A stretch of DNA of 64,000 bases from Vermamoeba vermiformis (taxonomy: Eukaryota): contig JBEWZL010000013.1 of assembly GCA_045837725.1 (NCBI GenBank), positions 558,001 through 622,000 of the forward strand. The letters are read 5' to 3'. Shown here piece by piece: positions 39,078 through 52,448 of the stretch (position 1 is the first letter of the stretch; every line of letters begins with the position of its first letter). Below the pieces are notes generated by a model. The model searched no databases, was not told where the DNA came from, and saw only the letters and a list, made by a program, of their open reading frames with translations. A program made the position numbers and the translations under genes.

Positions 39078-39323
39078 ACCTAGCTTTTTTACAGTTAAAA
39101 TTTGATGGATGCCTAACTAGCGACAAGACAATTAAGACTTGCCCAGGTCGGATTTGTTGTTAATCATTGAACGACTAAAGAGTCTTGTACGACCCAACGT
39201 GACCGTATGTATGATTATGTGACAATTAATTGCTTATAATAAGATTGAATTATCGGTCGATTGGTCTGCATTTACGTGCCCTCAAGAACAATATTAAAAC
39301 TAATGAATCGTTAACTACAGTCT

Positions 39324-40277
39324 TTAATCATCTGCATACTCGTCGTAATCATCGACGTAATCTTCTTCTTCAGAATAATAGTCATCATTAGCACCATATA
39401 ACTTGCGCGGGGACGAGTCTGAATTATTAGCCTAGGTAATGCAAGTTAGGATCTGGAACAGATGCTTATGCTTTTATATTAAAAAATCATAATAAATTGG
39501 GTAATGGTTTAATAGCCAAATAAGGAAAATAATTAAATCAACTTACAACTGGACGACCGTTCCAAAGAGCCTTCAAATCGCCATCCACGGCAAATAGATC
39601 TTGCATCAGATTTTCGGGATCAAATTGTCTCTCATTGACGAGATCAATTTTAATGCATTCTAATCGGTCTATGATTTCGTTAACGGATTGAAGCGCGAAG
39701 GGATCGGATGACTTCAAACTTTCATTCTTAAACTTGTACAACGCTTCAGCATTAGCCATTAGTCGCATAACTTCTTGCGTAAAGAAACTAAAGTCTAGTC
39801 CTGATACGTCAAGCTCAACTTCTATTCATAGAAAAAAAGTCAGATCTTGATCGTGTTTTTCCAAGATCTCACGCCAACTCGTGTCATAGTTTTAGTACGA
39901 ACCTTCTGGCTTCTTCTTTGGAGGCTCTTCAAATATTTTTTCGTCACTGGTACCATCAGGGCGGAAATTATAATGTACAGCATGAAATTGCAGATTGCAC
40001 AATGGCTGAAGCGAATTAGATCTCTGATTCTCGGATATCACGCGTCATATTACTTACGCAATTAATCTTTACACGAGCCCATTCTTCAATACAATCAAAG
40101 CTATAATTGAATGGTTATTAGTCTCGTGAACGTTGGAAAAATATTTTTGAAAATGCAAAAAAAAATCGTTATTATTTCAGTCACTTACCAAAATTCGTGG
40201 CTACATTCGACTATAACAGAATATTGGCCTTGTTTAATAGGACTAATACAGATCGCACAGGTTTTGACGTTCTCCAT
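39324..40277 (-). CDS. C3HC4 RING-finger protein (putative E3 ligase) with acidic tail
   Basis: Spliced CAICISPIKQGQYSVIVECSHEFCFDCIEEWARVKINCPLC; ends EEEDYVDDYDEYADD*. Confidence 0.85.
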
Positions 40278-40646
40278 TTTTTCCTTCTAGTTTCTTCGAT
40301 TCTTCCTCCAAATGGTAGTAATAATATAACAATAAATAAGATTATATGCAACACTTATTGATCATGCATAAAATTGTGTTGTTAAGAATAGAGACAAGAT
40401 CTAATCCGGTTTTCTTGCAGCAAGCTTAGGTGCACAAAATAGCCTTCGTGTCCTATGAAAGTAGTCCTTAAACTAATTAAAGGACTACAAAATAAATATA
40501 ATACAAATAGAGCAGTTTGTCCTCTGCGGACAAGAGTGAAAAAATGCGCTTTCCATTTTTTTGTTTTTTAAACTGTTCCGAGCACGACGGCAGCTATTTA
40601 TTCAATAATTCAAAGTATATACTGTAAGAATAAATAGGACTTCACA

Positions 40647-42171
40647 ATGGCGGACAAAAATCCTGGTTTCTTTGATTCGGATGAGGAAGATGACGACTTT
40701 GTACCGCAAGGTAATTTAGATCAGTTAAATCGAAATATTTTTATATCTTATTTGTGTATATATACGCCATTTGCACCTTAAATTCCAATTTTTATGCCGT
40801 TTTCAAACAAAATTAGGAATAAGGTTTATTCACGAACTACGAAGGAATAATTAATCGAATTTACTAGCTACGTTATTACATATTTTAATATGAAGTAAAT
40901 TTTAAATTTATGCTGTTTTAGATGAAAGCGATGACGCGATCGAGCCGGATGAAGAAGAGCAAACTAATACAAACGCTCCTGGCACGCAGAAAAAAGGAAA
41001 GAAAAATACCAAGAAAAATACTTCAAGGTATGTACATTATACAATGCCTATTTTCATTACGAAATATTTCTGTTAATTTTAGTTTTTGAATTTGACCGTT
41101 ACACGAAACTATTCGTGACCTTTTCAAGTTTTTGCTTGCTTAATTTTTAATATTTTTATAAGGAGGAGGAAGGGCGGATTATATTTGAGCGATGAGGAGC
41201 CAGCTGAAGAAAATGAAAGCACAAATTTAGAACCGAAAGATGACACGCAAGATCCAACGAGCACTGACGGCAAATCTGATTTACAAACCACGACAAATAT
41301 CGATATATGTCGTATATATAATAACAATAATAATCCTTTGGCCCAATCCAATCCAGATCCGTCTCCAGCAAATGACGCAACCATGAACGAAAATCCTGGT
41401 ACTAATTCAACCGATAATTCGAAGAAAAGAAAATTAGACGATTTATGGGCTGAATTAAATAAGCCCGTAGCAAAGAAAAAAGCTCCGCCTAAGACTGTTT
41501 TGCCTTGGGCTTTTGCTCCTGCCGCACCCAAGACGAACGGCACTACAACCACAAATAATGATAATAGTAGTAGTACTAGTGTCTCGGGTCTAGAAGGTGA
41601 GAAGAAAGAAGTCACGATAAATGCAAATGAAATTCTCGGTTTGAACACGTCGGAAGAGAAGAAAGTTACCATCACACAAACATTCAATTTTGCGGGAGAA
41701 GAGGTGAAGTAAGTAATAGTCGACACCTATTATCAATATACAAAACCATATTTAATATTGCGTTAACTGGCCGCAAAAAAAACTTTCGAAAGATCTGGAT
41801 CAACCGTGGATCTTCAACACGAGTTTTACAACACACGTTATTTGAGTATAGTACTAATAGTATTAATATATAGGGTTACTAAGGAGGTCGATGCTAAGAA
41901 TGTTCCTATTGCCAAGGGCTCAAAAGGTCTCGAAAGCGTGCTGTCGAAAATCAAGGGTCAGAAAAAGATGACGTCAACGCAGAAATCAGCTCTCGATTGG
42001 AATCAATTTAAAGAAAAAGAAGGAATTGAACAAGAGTTACAACACGCTGCTAAAGACGGTTATTTGGAGAAAGTTGCGTTCATGGAAAGGACAGATCTTC
42101 GACAATTCGAGAAGGAAAAAGAACTACGCGATGAAGTGCGAAAGATTAATGCTAAGAAGCAAAGTAAATAA
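40647..42171 (+). CDS. CFDP1: Craniofacial development protein 1 / Swc5 (BCNT-C domain)
   Basis: Acidic N-terminus DSDEEDDDFVP; TFNFAGEEV; KSALDWNQFKEKEGIEQEL...KDGYLEKVAFMERTD. Confidence 0.9.
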
Positions 42172-42522
42172 GATAATAATAAACTGTAATATATTTTCAT
42201 TGATCCCGCATGGATCCGCTCAAACTATTACGATCTCGCATCCAACATTCTTTGCGACCTTAGAACCTTCCAAAATTATTCATGCTTATTAAGTTATTGT
42301 CATCAACAGAACCTTCTCGAAGATTGCACCCTCTCCAGCATTGTGTCTCAATTATTCGCCACGGGCCAATTTTTTTTGACCGTTTTTAGGCTCGCGGAAC
42401 GTGTGACCTCTCGTCCTTTCTTTTGTCCTCATTTCGGTACCACAAGAGGTACGTATATTAGTATTATTATAGTTGATGATATACAGCGATTAATTTTTGA
42501 TTATCACGATCCAGCAGTCACA

Positions 42523-45500
42523 ATGTCGAGATTAACCTCGTTAGCAAAAGTTTGCGGTTCGTTGGTGTCCCGAACGGCTCCAGCACGCGCTTCGTCGATC
42601 TTTAGCGCACGAAATGGTATTAGATCGATTAATTTTGTGGTTGGTTATTGAATAGTCTCGAATCTAATCTCACTTTTCGCAGTGTCGGCTAAAATTGCTC
42701 CTTCCGTGCAATCAGCTCAGGTAAATATTATATGAATAATTGAGATCTATTATATGCGGCTATTACAGTTGCCAAATCTTTCTTTGTATTTTTCATTAAA
42801 ATATTTTTCCAATCTCGGGAGTTAATCAATTATACCCTGCATTGTATTCCAATACTAATACTATGATTATAGACTTCTTTCATCCACAATAAAATGTCGT
42901 GTTTCTCAACGCGATCTTACTCATCGGGCGTTTTCGAGTCCCTCGACAAGTTTACCAAGAGACACATTGGATCTGGCAAAGAAGAAGATCTCACTTCAAT
43001 GTTGAACCAAATTGGATTAAAATCATTGGACGAGCTTACTCAAAAAGCCGTTCCTCCTCAGATTAGAACTCAAAATCCGTTACAAGTCGGTCCTGAGCGA
43101 GGTGAAACCGAATTGTTGAAGGACTTGAAGGCTACTGCTCAAAAGAACAAAATTTTGAGGAACTTTATCGGCATGGGCTATTATGGAACTATTACTCCCA
43201 ACGGTAAGTTTTTTTTTTCGACGGATTCTGTCGTGACCTCACAATCGAGTTAAGGCGTGAACATAATATTATTTAATTAAGCAATTTATTTTATGGCTTG
43301 ATTGCGCGATAATATCTTTTTTTGACCCACGCGACCTTTGGCGATCGGAACAACGCGCGCGATCTCAAGATACCCTTTCTAACCGTTCAATTTGCCCTTG
43401 TTAGTGATCCTTCGTAACATTGTTGAGAACCCTGCATGGTACACTCCTTACACTCCCTACCAAGCTGAGATCTCTCAAGGTCGTTTGGAATCCCTTTTGA
43501 ACTACCAAACTATGGTTGCAGATCTGACTGGTTTGCCCATGTCCAACGCCTCTTTGCTCGACGAGGCTACTGCTGCTGCTGAGGCCATGTTCTTGACTTA
43601 CAATATTGCTGGCAAGAAGAAGGATGTCGTTTTCTTCGTCTCCGTAAGTACTCGACTTCTTTACTTAAAGGACTTAAAATACGACAAATTTAACACTAAT
43701 AATTAAATATTAAACCGTATCGGTAACACTTGGTCATTATGTATTTACAAACAATTTTGGAGGAGCTCGTTACACAATCCGAAAGTTTCAGATTATTAAC
43801 GTAATTTATTTTCTAGGAACTCTGCCACCCTCAAACCATCTCAGTCGTCAAGACTCGCGCTGAATGGATGAACATTAAGGTCGTCGTCGGTGATCACAAG
43901 ACTTTGGATCCCTCTAAGCACGAACTTTGCGGTGTTTTGATTCAAGTACGTAATTATACTAATAATTTGAATATATGCACTTCAGTTACGACTTGTGGGC
44001 CTAACTTATTTACTAGTACCCCGCCACTGACGGTAGCATTCACGATTACAAATCGTTGGTCGAGAAGGTGCACGCCACCAAGGGTCTCGTAGTTTGCGCT
44101 ACTGACTTGTTGGCTTTGACTATGCTCACTCCTCCTGGCGAGTTCGGTGTTGATATTGCTGTTGGTAATGCTCAACGCTTTGGTGTTCCTCTCGGTTATG
44201 GTGGTCCTCACGCCGCTTTCTTGGCCACTAAGGTACATTGCAACTAACGCTAGCTCTTTGGTAGATTGACTAACATTGCGGATAGGACGAGTACAAGCGT
44301 ATGATGCCTGGCCGTATTATTGGTGTCTCCAAGGACTCCCGCGGTCAACCTGCCATGCGTCTCTCTTTGCAGACTCGTGAACAACACATTCGCCGTGAGA
44401 AGGCTACTAGCAACATTTGCACTGCTCAAGTCCTCTTGGCTAACGTCAATGCTATGTAAGTATCGAGAGAACTAGAGGTCAAGAACGTGCCCTAATATCG
44501 CGTTATAGGTACGCCGTCTACCACGGTCCTAAGGGTCTCCGCACCATTGCTGAGCACGTTCACAGCAAGGCCAACGTGTTCTCAGCTCACGTCAAGGAAT
44601 TGGGCTACAAGGTTGGTGAGGCTCCTTACTTCGATACTGTCCGTGTCGAATTGGCCAAGGGCTCCTCTGCTGAGTTCCAACAACTCGCCGTCAAGAACGG
44701 TATCAACGTCCGCGCTTTGGACAACAAGACCGTCACCATCTCTGTTGACGAGACTACCACCAAGGACGACATTGCCGCTTTGTTGAACGTCTTTGCTCAA
44801 GCCAACGGCAAGACTGCCAACGTTGCCGACAAGCTCGAAAAGGCTCAAACTAACGTCACGATCCCTGCCAACTTCCACAGAAAGAGCGCTTACTTGACTC
44901 ACCCCGTGTTCAACAGCTACCACTCTGAGCACGAGATGTTGCGTTACATCTTCCGCTTGCACAACAAGGACTTGGGTCTCGTCCACTCCATGATTCCTTT
45001 GGGCTCTTGCACCATGAAATTGAACGCCACTGCCGAAATGATCCCCGTCACTTGGCCCGAGTTCAACAGCATTCACCCCTTCGTTCCTATCGACCAAACT
45101 GAAGGCTACCAAAAGATGTTCAACGACCTCGAGCGTCAATTGGCTGACATCACTGGCTTCCACTCTGTCTCTTTGCAACCCAACGCTGGTTCTCAAGGAG
45201 AGTACGCCGGTCTCTTGGCCATTCGTCAATACCAAAAGGCTCACAACCAAGCTCACCGTGACATTTGCTTGATCCCCGTCTCTGCTCACGGCACTAACCC
45301 CGCTAGCGCTATGATGCTTGGCTTGCAAGTCGTCCCTGTTGCTTGCGATGAGGAGGGTAACATCGACGTTGCTGACCTCAAGGCCAAGGCCGAGAAACAC
45401 AAGGACAAGTTGTCTTGCATCATGATCACTTATCCTTCCACTCACGGTGTCTTCGAGGGTACCGTTAAAGATATTTGCAAGATCGTCCACGATAACGGCG

Positions 45501-46750
45501 GTCAAGTCTATATGGACGGTGCTAACATGAACGCTCAAGTCGGTTTGACCAAGCCTGGTAAGTTCGGATCTGGATGTCGTGCCACGGTCTGGTACTAATG
45601 CTTTGTAATTTCAGGCGATCTTGGCGCTGATGTCTGCCACTTGAACTTGCACAAGACCTTCTGCATTCCTCACGGAGGAGGTGGTCCTGGCATGGGTCCC
45701 ATCTGCGTTGCCAAACAGTAAGTAGAAACCAAAGCTAGAATGTTTTGCTTTTCGTTGCGGTTGGATGTTGTCGTTGCTGAGTGGGTCCAGAGGGCGAGGA
45801 AATCGCAAATCAACGTGGCACAGATGGTCGAGTGGTTCAAGACGTTAGTTTCAGGTACTAATCCAGGCAACTGGGCGTGGGTTCGAATCCCACTCTGTGC
45901 ACCATTTTTTTTGCCTTTTTCCTGCCCTGCTTCGCTCGTTTGCCTTTCTGTCTGCCCTTCCTAGTTCCCTCTCAAACAACGACAACACAACGCTACTAAT
46001 AGAGCTCAATTTTCTTTTGGTAGATCCGTTCCGTAGACTAACTTTTTTGTCAGTTTGACTCCTTTCTTGCCTGGTCACCCTGTCGTTAAGACCGGTGGTG
46101 CTACTGGTGCCGTCAGTGCTGGTCCTTGGGGTAGCAGCAGCATCTTGCCCATCGTCTGGGTCTACATTAATTTGATGGGCTCCGCTGGTCTCAAGAAGGC
46201 TACTCAAGTCGCCATTCTGAACGCTAACTACATGGCTTCGAGACTCGAGAAGCACTACAAGATTATGTACAGAGGTCAAAACGGCATGGTTGCCCACGAG
46301 TTCATTCTCGACGTCAAGCCCTTCAAGAAGGTCGGCATTGAAGCCGAAGACTTTGCCAAGCGTTTGATGGACTTTGGCTTCCACGCTCCCACCATGTCTT
46401 GGCCCGTCGTTGGCTCATTGATGATTGAGCCCACTGAATCTGAAAGCAAGGAAGAGCTCGATCGATACGTCGATGCTTTGATCTGCATCCGCGAAGAAGT
46501 TCGTGCCATCGAAGAAGGCAAGATGGATCCCAAGAACAACCCCTTGAAGAACGCTCCTCACACTATGGATATGGTCATGAACAGCAGCTGGGACAAGCCT
46601 TACTCGCGCGAACAAGCTGCCTTCCCCTTGCCCTTCGTTAAGGCCAACAAGTTCTGGCCCTCTGTCGGTCGTGTCGACAACACTTACGGCGATCGTAACT
46701 TGATCTGCACTTGCCCCTCTATGTCTGATTTTGAAGAGCCCAAGAACTGA
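42523..46750 (+). CDS. GLDC: Glycine dehydrogenase (decarboxylating), glycine cleavage P protein, mitochondrial
   Basis: [92 protein letters not shown]. Confidence 0.97.
45818..45901 (+). tRNA. tRNA-Leu(CAG), nested in GLDC intron 45718-46053
   Basis: Acceptor GCACAGA/TCTGTGC, D arm GTC/GAC, anticodon arm TTAGT-TTCAGGT-ACTAA, long variable arm CCAG-GCAA-CTGG, T arm GTGGG-TTCGAAT-CCCAC, discriminator A. Confidence 0.93.
45905..45913 (+). terminator. RNA polymerase III oligo-T terminator of the tRNA
   Basis: Run of T immediately after the tRNA and CCA. Confidence 0.75.
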
Positions 46751-46854
46751 GAGGATTAACATATAACGGTGAATTTGATATGCTCATTGTATTATTTTCT
46801 ATCGTGATAAAATAATTGCGAAGATATTCAATAATAATAACACAACTTTAATAT

Positions 46855-47792
46855 TTACAAACGCGAGATCTGAATCGTATTTTCGATGCTGCTTTTGATA
46901 TTTTCATAGATATATTCACCAAACGCTCTATATCCAAGCGGTGAGAAGTGAATGCCATCGCTGTACAGTTCTCTGTTGTGCACTTTTGTCTCGTTCCAAG
47001 CGTCAAAGTGCATGATGTCATTTGCAGGTATAACTTTCTTCAGCTCTTCGTTGTATTTTAATCTTCGATCGCGGAGCAAAACGTAATTAAGCTCGTCACC
47101 TATGGGAAGTGAAGCGAAGTACTTCGGTCAGCAATTTTTCGTCCAGATCTAGCCAGTTGTACGTACCATAATAAGGCAGCGTTAGTACCCAACACTTAGC
47201 TCCAGTATTATTAAATATTTCGTATATCTCTTTCAAGTTTTTGATGCTTTGAGTCAGATCTACATCGACATGCACCACGTCGTTGGTTCCGACTAATATC
47301 ACCACATGTGTATATGAATTATTTTGCGCAATTATTCTCGCTCGTTCTAGTACTTGATCAGTACGTTGTCCTGCTTTGCCCTGATTATCAATCTAAGGAA
47401 TGGCAGCTTTGTTAGAACAAACGGATCCCTTCAAGACGTCAAGGAGCTTACTATGAATTCTAAAGAAGGGTAATCAGCTTTCAATAGATGTGCTAGGTGA
47501 TCTGTAAAGGGCGCAAAGGTTATGATGTTATCGGCACGCATGTAACCTTCGATTAGACTAGCTCCTAAAAAGAATTCGTTTCAATTATTAAAATAGATGA
47601 TTTTAATATTATGAATATATTACCTAGTGCTAATATTTTAACTTTAGGGTTTTTTCCTTCTTGGATCTAATTTTTAAATGAATATTTTTTAAAAAAGCTG
47701 ATTTTTCAATTTACTGTTCGGTATCTCGGACTGACAGGGACTCCACGGTCTAATCTCGGACTTATTGGTATTGATGTAGTATTTAAGTTCAT
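46855..47792 (-). CDS. SGNH/GDSL-family hydrolase
   Basis: Spliced KILALGASLIEG (block I), NQGKAG, ILVGTND (block III), SDGIHFS (block V). Confidence 0.85.
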
Positions 47793-49420
47793 TATTTTCT
47801 TCGCTATCGACCATGCAGTTGTAAAAAGGTTTGTGATCAACCACATCCAACTATCTTCGCCACCTAATCAATTAAGAATCGATTATTCTTATTGCAGAAG
47901 CTTGCTATGTGGTCAGTATTTCATCAACAGTCGCTGACAGAAAAGTTGATCCAAAAATTTTCTCCTGTACGACAACGTTCAAATTTATTTGTACGATACT
48001 ACACTATCATACATAAACATTATAAATGTAGTCGATTGGATATCTCGCTGAAGCTAGCTTAGAAGATCAAGGACAAGAGGATCATAGCAAGAGGCACAAC
48101 AGACCAAGAGAAGCGAGTGCTGCTGTTAATGTAGTACTTGTACTTCAAGTTTGAGTTACGCTCGCAGTCAGAGCCAGAGTCCGAGACACGAGTGTACACT
48201 TCGTTGGCGCCGTAGTCGTACACACCGTACATGTAGTCGGCATATGCGAGAGCAAGAACGTAGCCACCATGGGACTGGCCCGCATAGTCTTCATAGTAGT
48301 CGATCCAGCAGAAGGCGTTGTTGTAGTAGCAGTAGCTTTGGAATACAAGGTCGAGTCAACACAAAACTGAAATCCAACAAAAAATTCAAAAGCGGTAGTT
48401 CTCACTGTATATGTTATGATTACTTACCCATCAGAGTAACCCTTGACGGCGATTTTGTTGGTGCTGGTGGTGTATTCGTAAGAACCCTTCAAGTTACCTT
48501 CGCTGTCGATGCAGATGCCCCAGTTGGGAGTGGAAGTTCTGCTGATCTTACTAGCCCAGTTACCAGCCATAGACTTGCCTATTATAGGTATACATTAGCA
48601 TTAATTCGAGATCGCAAGCGAGATTAAAATTTGGGTTGAACGGATTCGTACCAGTGTTGGGGTTGTTGGCGAAGCAAGAGAAAGAAGTGGGACTGGCATT
48701 GTCATATCTAGCCAAAATTCGGGGACCGAATTTGTAGAATTGAATGGTCTTATCGTCGTAAGCCATGCGAACTGATCAAATCCGGTTAGCTAACCGCAGC
48801 AGATGCGCAGAGCTTGGAACTTACTTTCGACCAAATCGTCAGTCAAGCGGGACATCGTAAGGTCACCCTTGTTTTGAGTGCAGCACTTGGTGGTATTGGT
48901 AGCGGCCACTTGGACAGGGTATTCGTACCAGATTTGAGTGTCCCACCATTTGCCGGTAACGGTGGTTCCATCAGCAGAGAAGGAACCTTGGAAATAGTAG
49001 GTTTCGTACATACCCTGCATAGAAACGATCATGTTAATTAAACCTCCATTAACGAATCCAGTAAATCATTTCATTTAGCCTTTTAAGTTGCGTCAAATTA
49101 AGGACAAAGTCGAAAGTACAGTAAAAAAGCTGATGTTATTAATTGATTCTGTTTTGTTCGATTTCTCGTTCGTATTGTACCGTAAATCCGGACAAATAAT
49201 TATTAACTGAATAATTTCTAATTACCTGCAGAGTACTGTTGTCAGAGGTGGTGCACATGTTCATAGTACCATCATTGAAGGTCCATTTACCGGCCCAGCT
49301 CATAGGAGTGAAGTCGGCTTGAGCGAAGCAGATCGCTGCAAGAACGACGCAAGCAAAAAGTCTAGCGTTCATTTGTGTACTTATGTATCACTGTGATTGA
49401 GGTAAATAAATTGCAATTAC
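47089..49420. repeat. Segmental duplication, copy A
   Basis: Aligns collinearly with 49865-52249 at high identity, including introns and intergenic DNA. Confidence 0.92.
48059..49372 (-). CDS. Secreted, probably GPI-anchored Cys/aromatic-rich surface protein, copy A
   Basis: Signal peptide MNARLFACVVLAAICFA; two internal repeats starting WAGKW and MAGNW; ends NSSTRFSWSVVPLAMILLSLIF*. Confidence 0.8.
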
Positions 49421-49495
49421 GTTTTAGTTGATATACGTTTGTATACGTTACAAACGTCATTTTGGCGGGAGTTCTCGAACGCGCCAAATGAAAGC

Positions 49496-49826
49496 AAGTC
49501 GCGCGACACGTCCTTTCGAACGACTGTAGCAAATGTGGTATATTTCGACGGCCATTGGGAAGCTATGTCAATTAATTAGCTCGGCGGGCGCTACCAATAT
49601 TTCCTTATTTGGTAAAATTACCTCGTCTGGTAATAGTGGAATATTATTGGATAACTGCATTGAGTACGCGAATATAATTTCAATTAACATTTTTGTTGCC
49701 GTTCCACCTGCACAAATAAGCATATTAATATCATATACTATATCGCTATTATCATATCCTCATAATGAATTAGTATTAGGGTGTCGAAATGTAGCGGATC
49801 AGATCCCGTACCTTTCATTCTAGAAG
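49496..49826 (-). pseudogene. Duplicated internal fragment of the GCKR-like gene
   Basis: 331 bp near-identical to 53426-53756. Confidence 0.92.
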
Positions 49827-49864
49827 CCAAGTCGCCATTCTGAACGCTAACTACATGGCTACTG

Positions 49865-50571
49865 AAGCTCATCACCTGTTGGAAGTGAAGTACTTCGGTC
49901 AGCAATTTTTGGGGCCAGATCTAGCCAGTTGTACGTACCATAATAAGGCAACGTTAGTAGCCAACATTAGCTCCGGTATTATTAAATATTTCGTATATCT
50001 TTTTCAAGTTTTTGATGCTTTGAGCTAGATCTACATCGACATGCACCACGTCGTTGGTTCCGACTAATATCACCACATGTGTATATGAATTATTTTGCCC
50101 TATTATTCTCGCTCGTTCTAGTACTTGATCAGTAAGTTGTCCTGCTTTGCCCTGATTATCAATCTGGGTAATAACAGCTTTGTTAGTACTCTACAGTACA
50201 AACGGATCCATTCAAGACGTCAAGAACCTTACTATGAATTCTAAAGAATGATAATCAGCTTTCATTAGATGTGCTAGGTGATCTGTAAAGGGAGCAAAAG
50301 TTACGATGTTATCGGCACGCATGAAACCTTCGATTAGACTAGCTCCTAAAAAGAATTCGTTTCAATTATTAAAATAGATGATTTTAATATTATGAATATA
50401 TTACCTAGTGCTAATATTTTAACTTTAGGGTTTTTTCCTTCTTGGATCTAATTTTTAAATGAATATTTTTTAAAAAAGCTGATTTCAATTTACTCTTTGG
50501 TATCTGGGACTCACTGGTACTCCACCGTCTAATCTCGGACTTAATGGTATTGATGCAGTATTTAAGTTCAT
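49865..50571 (-). pseudogene. 3'-truncated copy of the SGNH hydrolase
   Basis: Same exons as 46855-47792 but the last exon reads GDELQ* at the junction, losing the catalytic DGIH block. Confidence 0.8.
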
Positions 50572-50851
50572 TATTTTCTTCGCTATCGACCATGCAGTTG
50601 TAAAAAGGTTTGTGATCAACCACATCCAACGATCTTCGCCACCTAATCAATTAAGAATCGATTATTCTTATTACAGAAGCCTTGTTATGTGGTCAATTTT
50701 TCTTCAACATTCGCTGACAGAAAGGTTGATCAGATCGAATAAGCCAAATTTTCTCCTGTACGACAACGTTCAAATTTATTTGTACGAAACTACACTATGA
50801 TCATACATATATATTATAAATGTAGTCGATAGATATCTTGCTGAAGCTAGC

Positions 50852-52201
50852 TTAGAAGATCAAGGACAAGAGGATCACGGCGAGAGGCACGACGGACCAA
50901 GAGAAGCGAGTGCTGCTGTTAATGTAGTACTTGTACTTCAAGTTCGAGTTACGCTCGCAGTCAGAGCCAGAGTCCGCGAGACGAGTGTACACTTCGTTAG
51001 TGCCAAAGTCGTACACACCGTACATGTAGTCGGCAAATCCGAGAGCAAGAACGTAGCCACCAACGGACTTGGTGCCAGCAAAGTCCTCATAGTAGTCGAT
51101 CCAGCAGAAGGCATTGTTGTAGTAGCAGTAGCTTTGGAATACAAGGTCGAGTCAGTACAAATCCGAAATCCAAATCCAACGAAAAACTTCGAACGCGATT
51201 GTTCTGCTGTAATGTTAGGATTACTTACCCATCAGAGTAACCCTTGACGGTGACGTTGTTGCCGTAGCCGTTAATGGCAGTGTATTCGTAAGAACCCTTC
51301 AAGTTACCGTCGCCGTCGATGCAGATGCCCCAGTTGGGAGTAGCAGTTCTGCCGAGCTTGCTAGCCCAGTTACCAGCCATAGACTTGCCTATTGTACGTA
51401 AGCATTAGCATTAATTCGAGATCGCAAGCGAGATTAAAATTTGGATTGAACGGATTCGTACCAGTGTTGGGGTTGTTGGCGAAGCAAGAGAAAGAAGTGG
51501 GACTGGCATTGTCATATCTAGCCAAAATTCTGGGACCGAATTTGTAGAATTGAATGGTCTTATCGTCGTAAGCCATGCGAACTGATCAAATCCGGTTAGC
51601 TAACCGCAGCAGATGCGCAGAGCTTGGAACTTACTTTCGACCAAATCGTCAGTCAAGCGGTAGATCGTAAGGTCGCCCTTGTTTTGAGTGCAGCACTTGG
51701 TGGTCTTGGTAGCGGCCACTTGGGCAGGGTATTCGTACCAGATTTGAGTGTCCCACCATTTGCCGGTAACGGTAGTTCCATCAGCAGAGAAGGAACCTTG
51801 GAAATAGTAGGTACCATACATACCCTACATAGAAACGATCATGTTAATTAAATAAATGAATTAACCTCCACAAATAATTAATGAATCCAGTAAATCATTT
51901 CATTTAGCCTTTTAAGTTGCGTCAAATTAAGGACAAAGTCGAAAGTGCAGCAAAAAAGCTGATTCTATTAATTGATTCTGTTTTGTTCGATTTCTCGTTC
52001 GTTTTGTACCGTAAATCCGTACAAATAATTATTAAACAAATAATTTCTAATTACCTGCAGAGTACTGTTGTCGGAGGTGGTGCACATGTTCATAGTACCA
52101 TCATTGAAGGTCCATTTACCGGTCCAGCTCATAGGAGTGAAGTCGGCTTGAGCGAAGCAGATCGCTGCAAGAACGACGCAAGCAAAAAGTCTAGCGTTCA
52201 T
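50852..52201 (-). CDS. Secreted, probably GPI-anchored surface protein, copy B
   Basis: Same exon structure as 48059-49372; the reading frame appears intact, with in-frame loop indels. Confidence 0.8.
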
Positions 52202-52448
52202 TTGTGTACCTATTTAGCACTGAGATCGAGGTAAATAAATTGCAATTACCTTTTTGATTTTGTTTAGCAATTTTTTGGACCAATTGCATTGCGGGATGCC
52301 GGAATTCCAATTACTGTCGATAGGCTCTAACAATATAAATGTGCATTAAGTAGGCCCACTGAGAATAAGAACGTTAGTTGAAGGGCTTTGGGCACTTACC
52401 GCACGTTGAAACGGATCAGAGAATCCGGATTTCGAAAGTTTGAGCTTT

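Larger units (their letters stand above)
49865..52249. repeat. Segmental duplication, copy B
   Basis: Collinear with 47089-49420. Confidence 0.92.

Noticed and set aside
44582-45538. 318-aa antisense ORF over GLDC
   Set aside because: Shadow frame caused by strong codon bias of a conserved sense gene; no recognisable motifs.
45850-45856. Reading TCA in the anticodon loop as a selenocysteine or opal suppressor tRNA
   Set aside because: In the 7-nt loop TTCAGGT the central triplet is CAG; the 7-bp acceptor stem and discriminator A fit tRNA-Leu.
47089-52249. Duplication as a transposon or LTR element
   Set aside because: No transposase or reverse transcriptase, terminal repeats or target-site duplication; the content is host genes.
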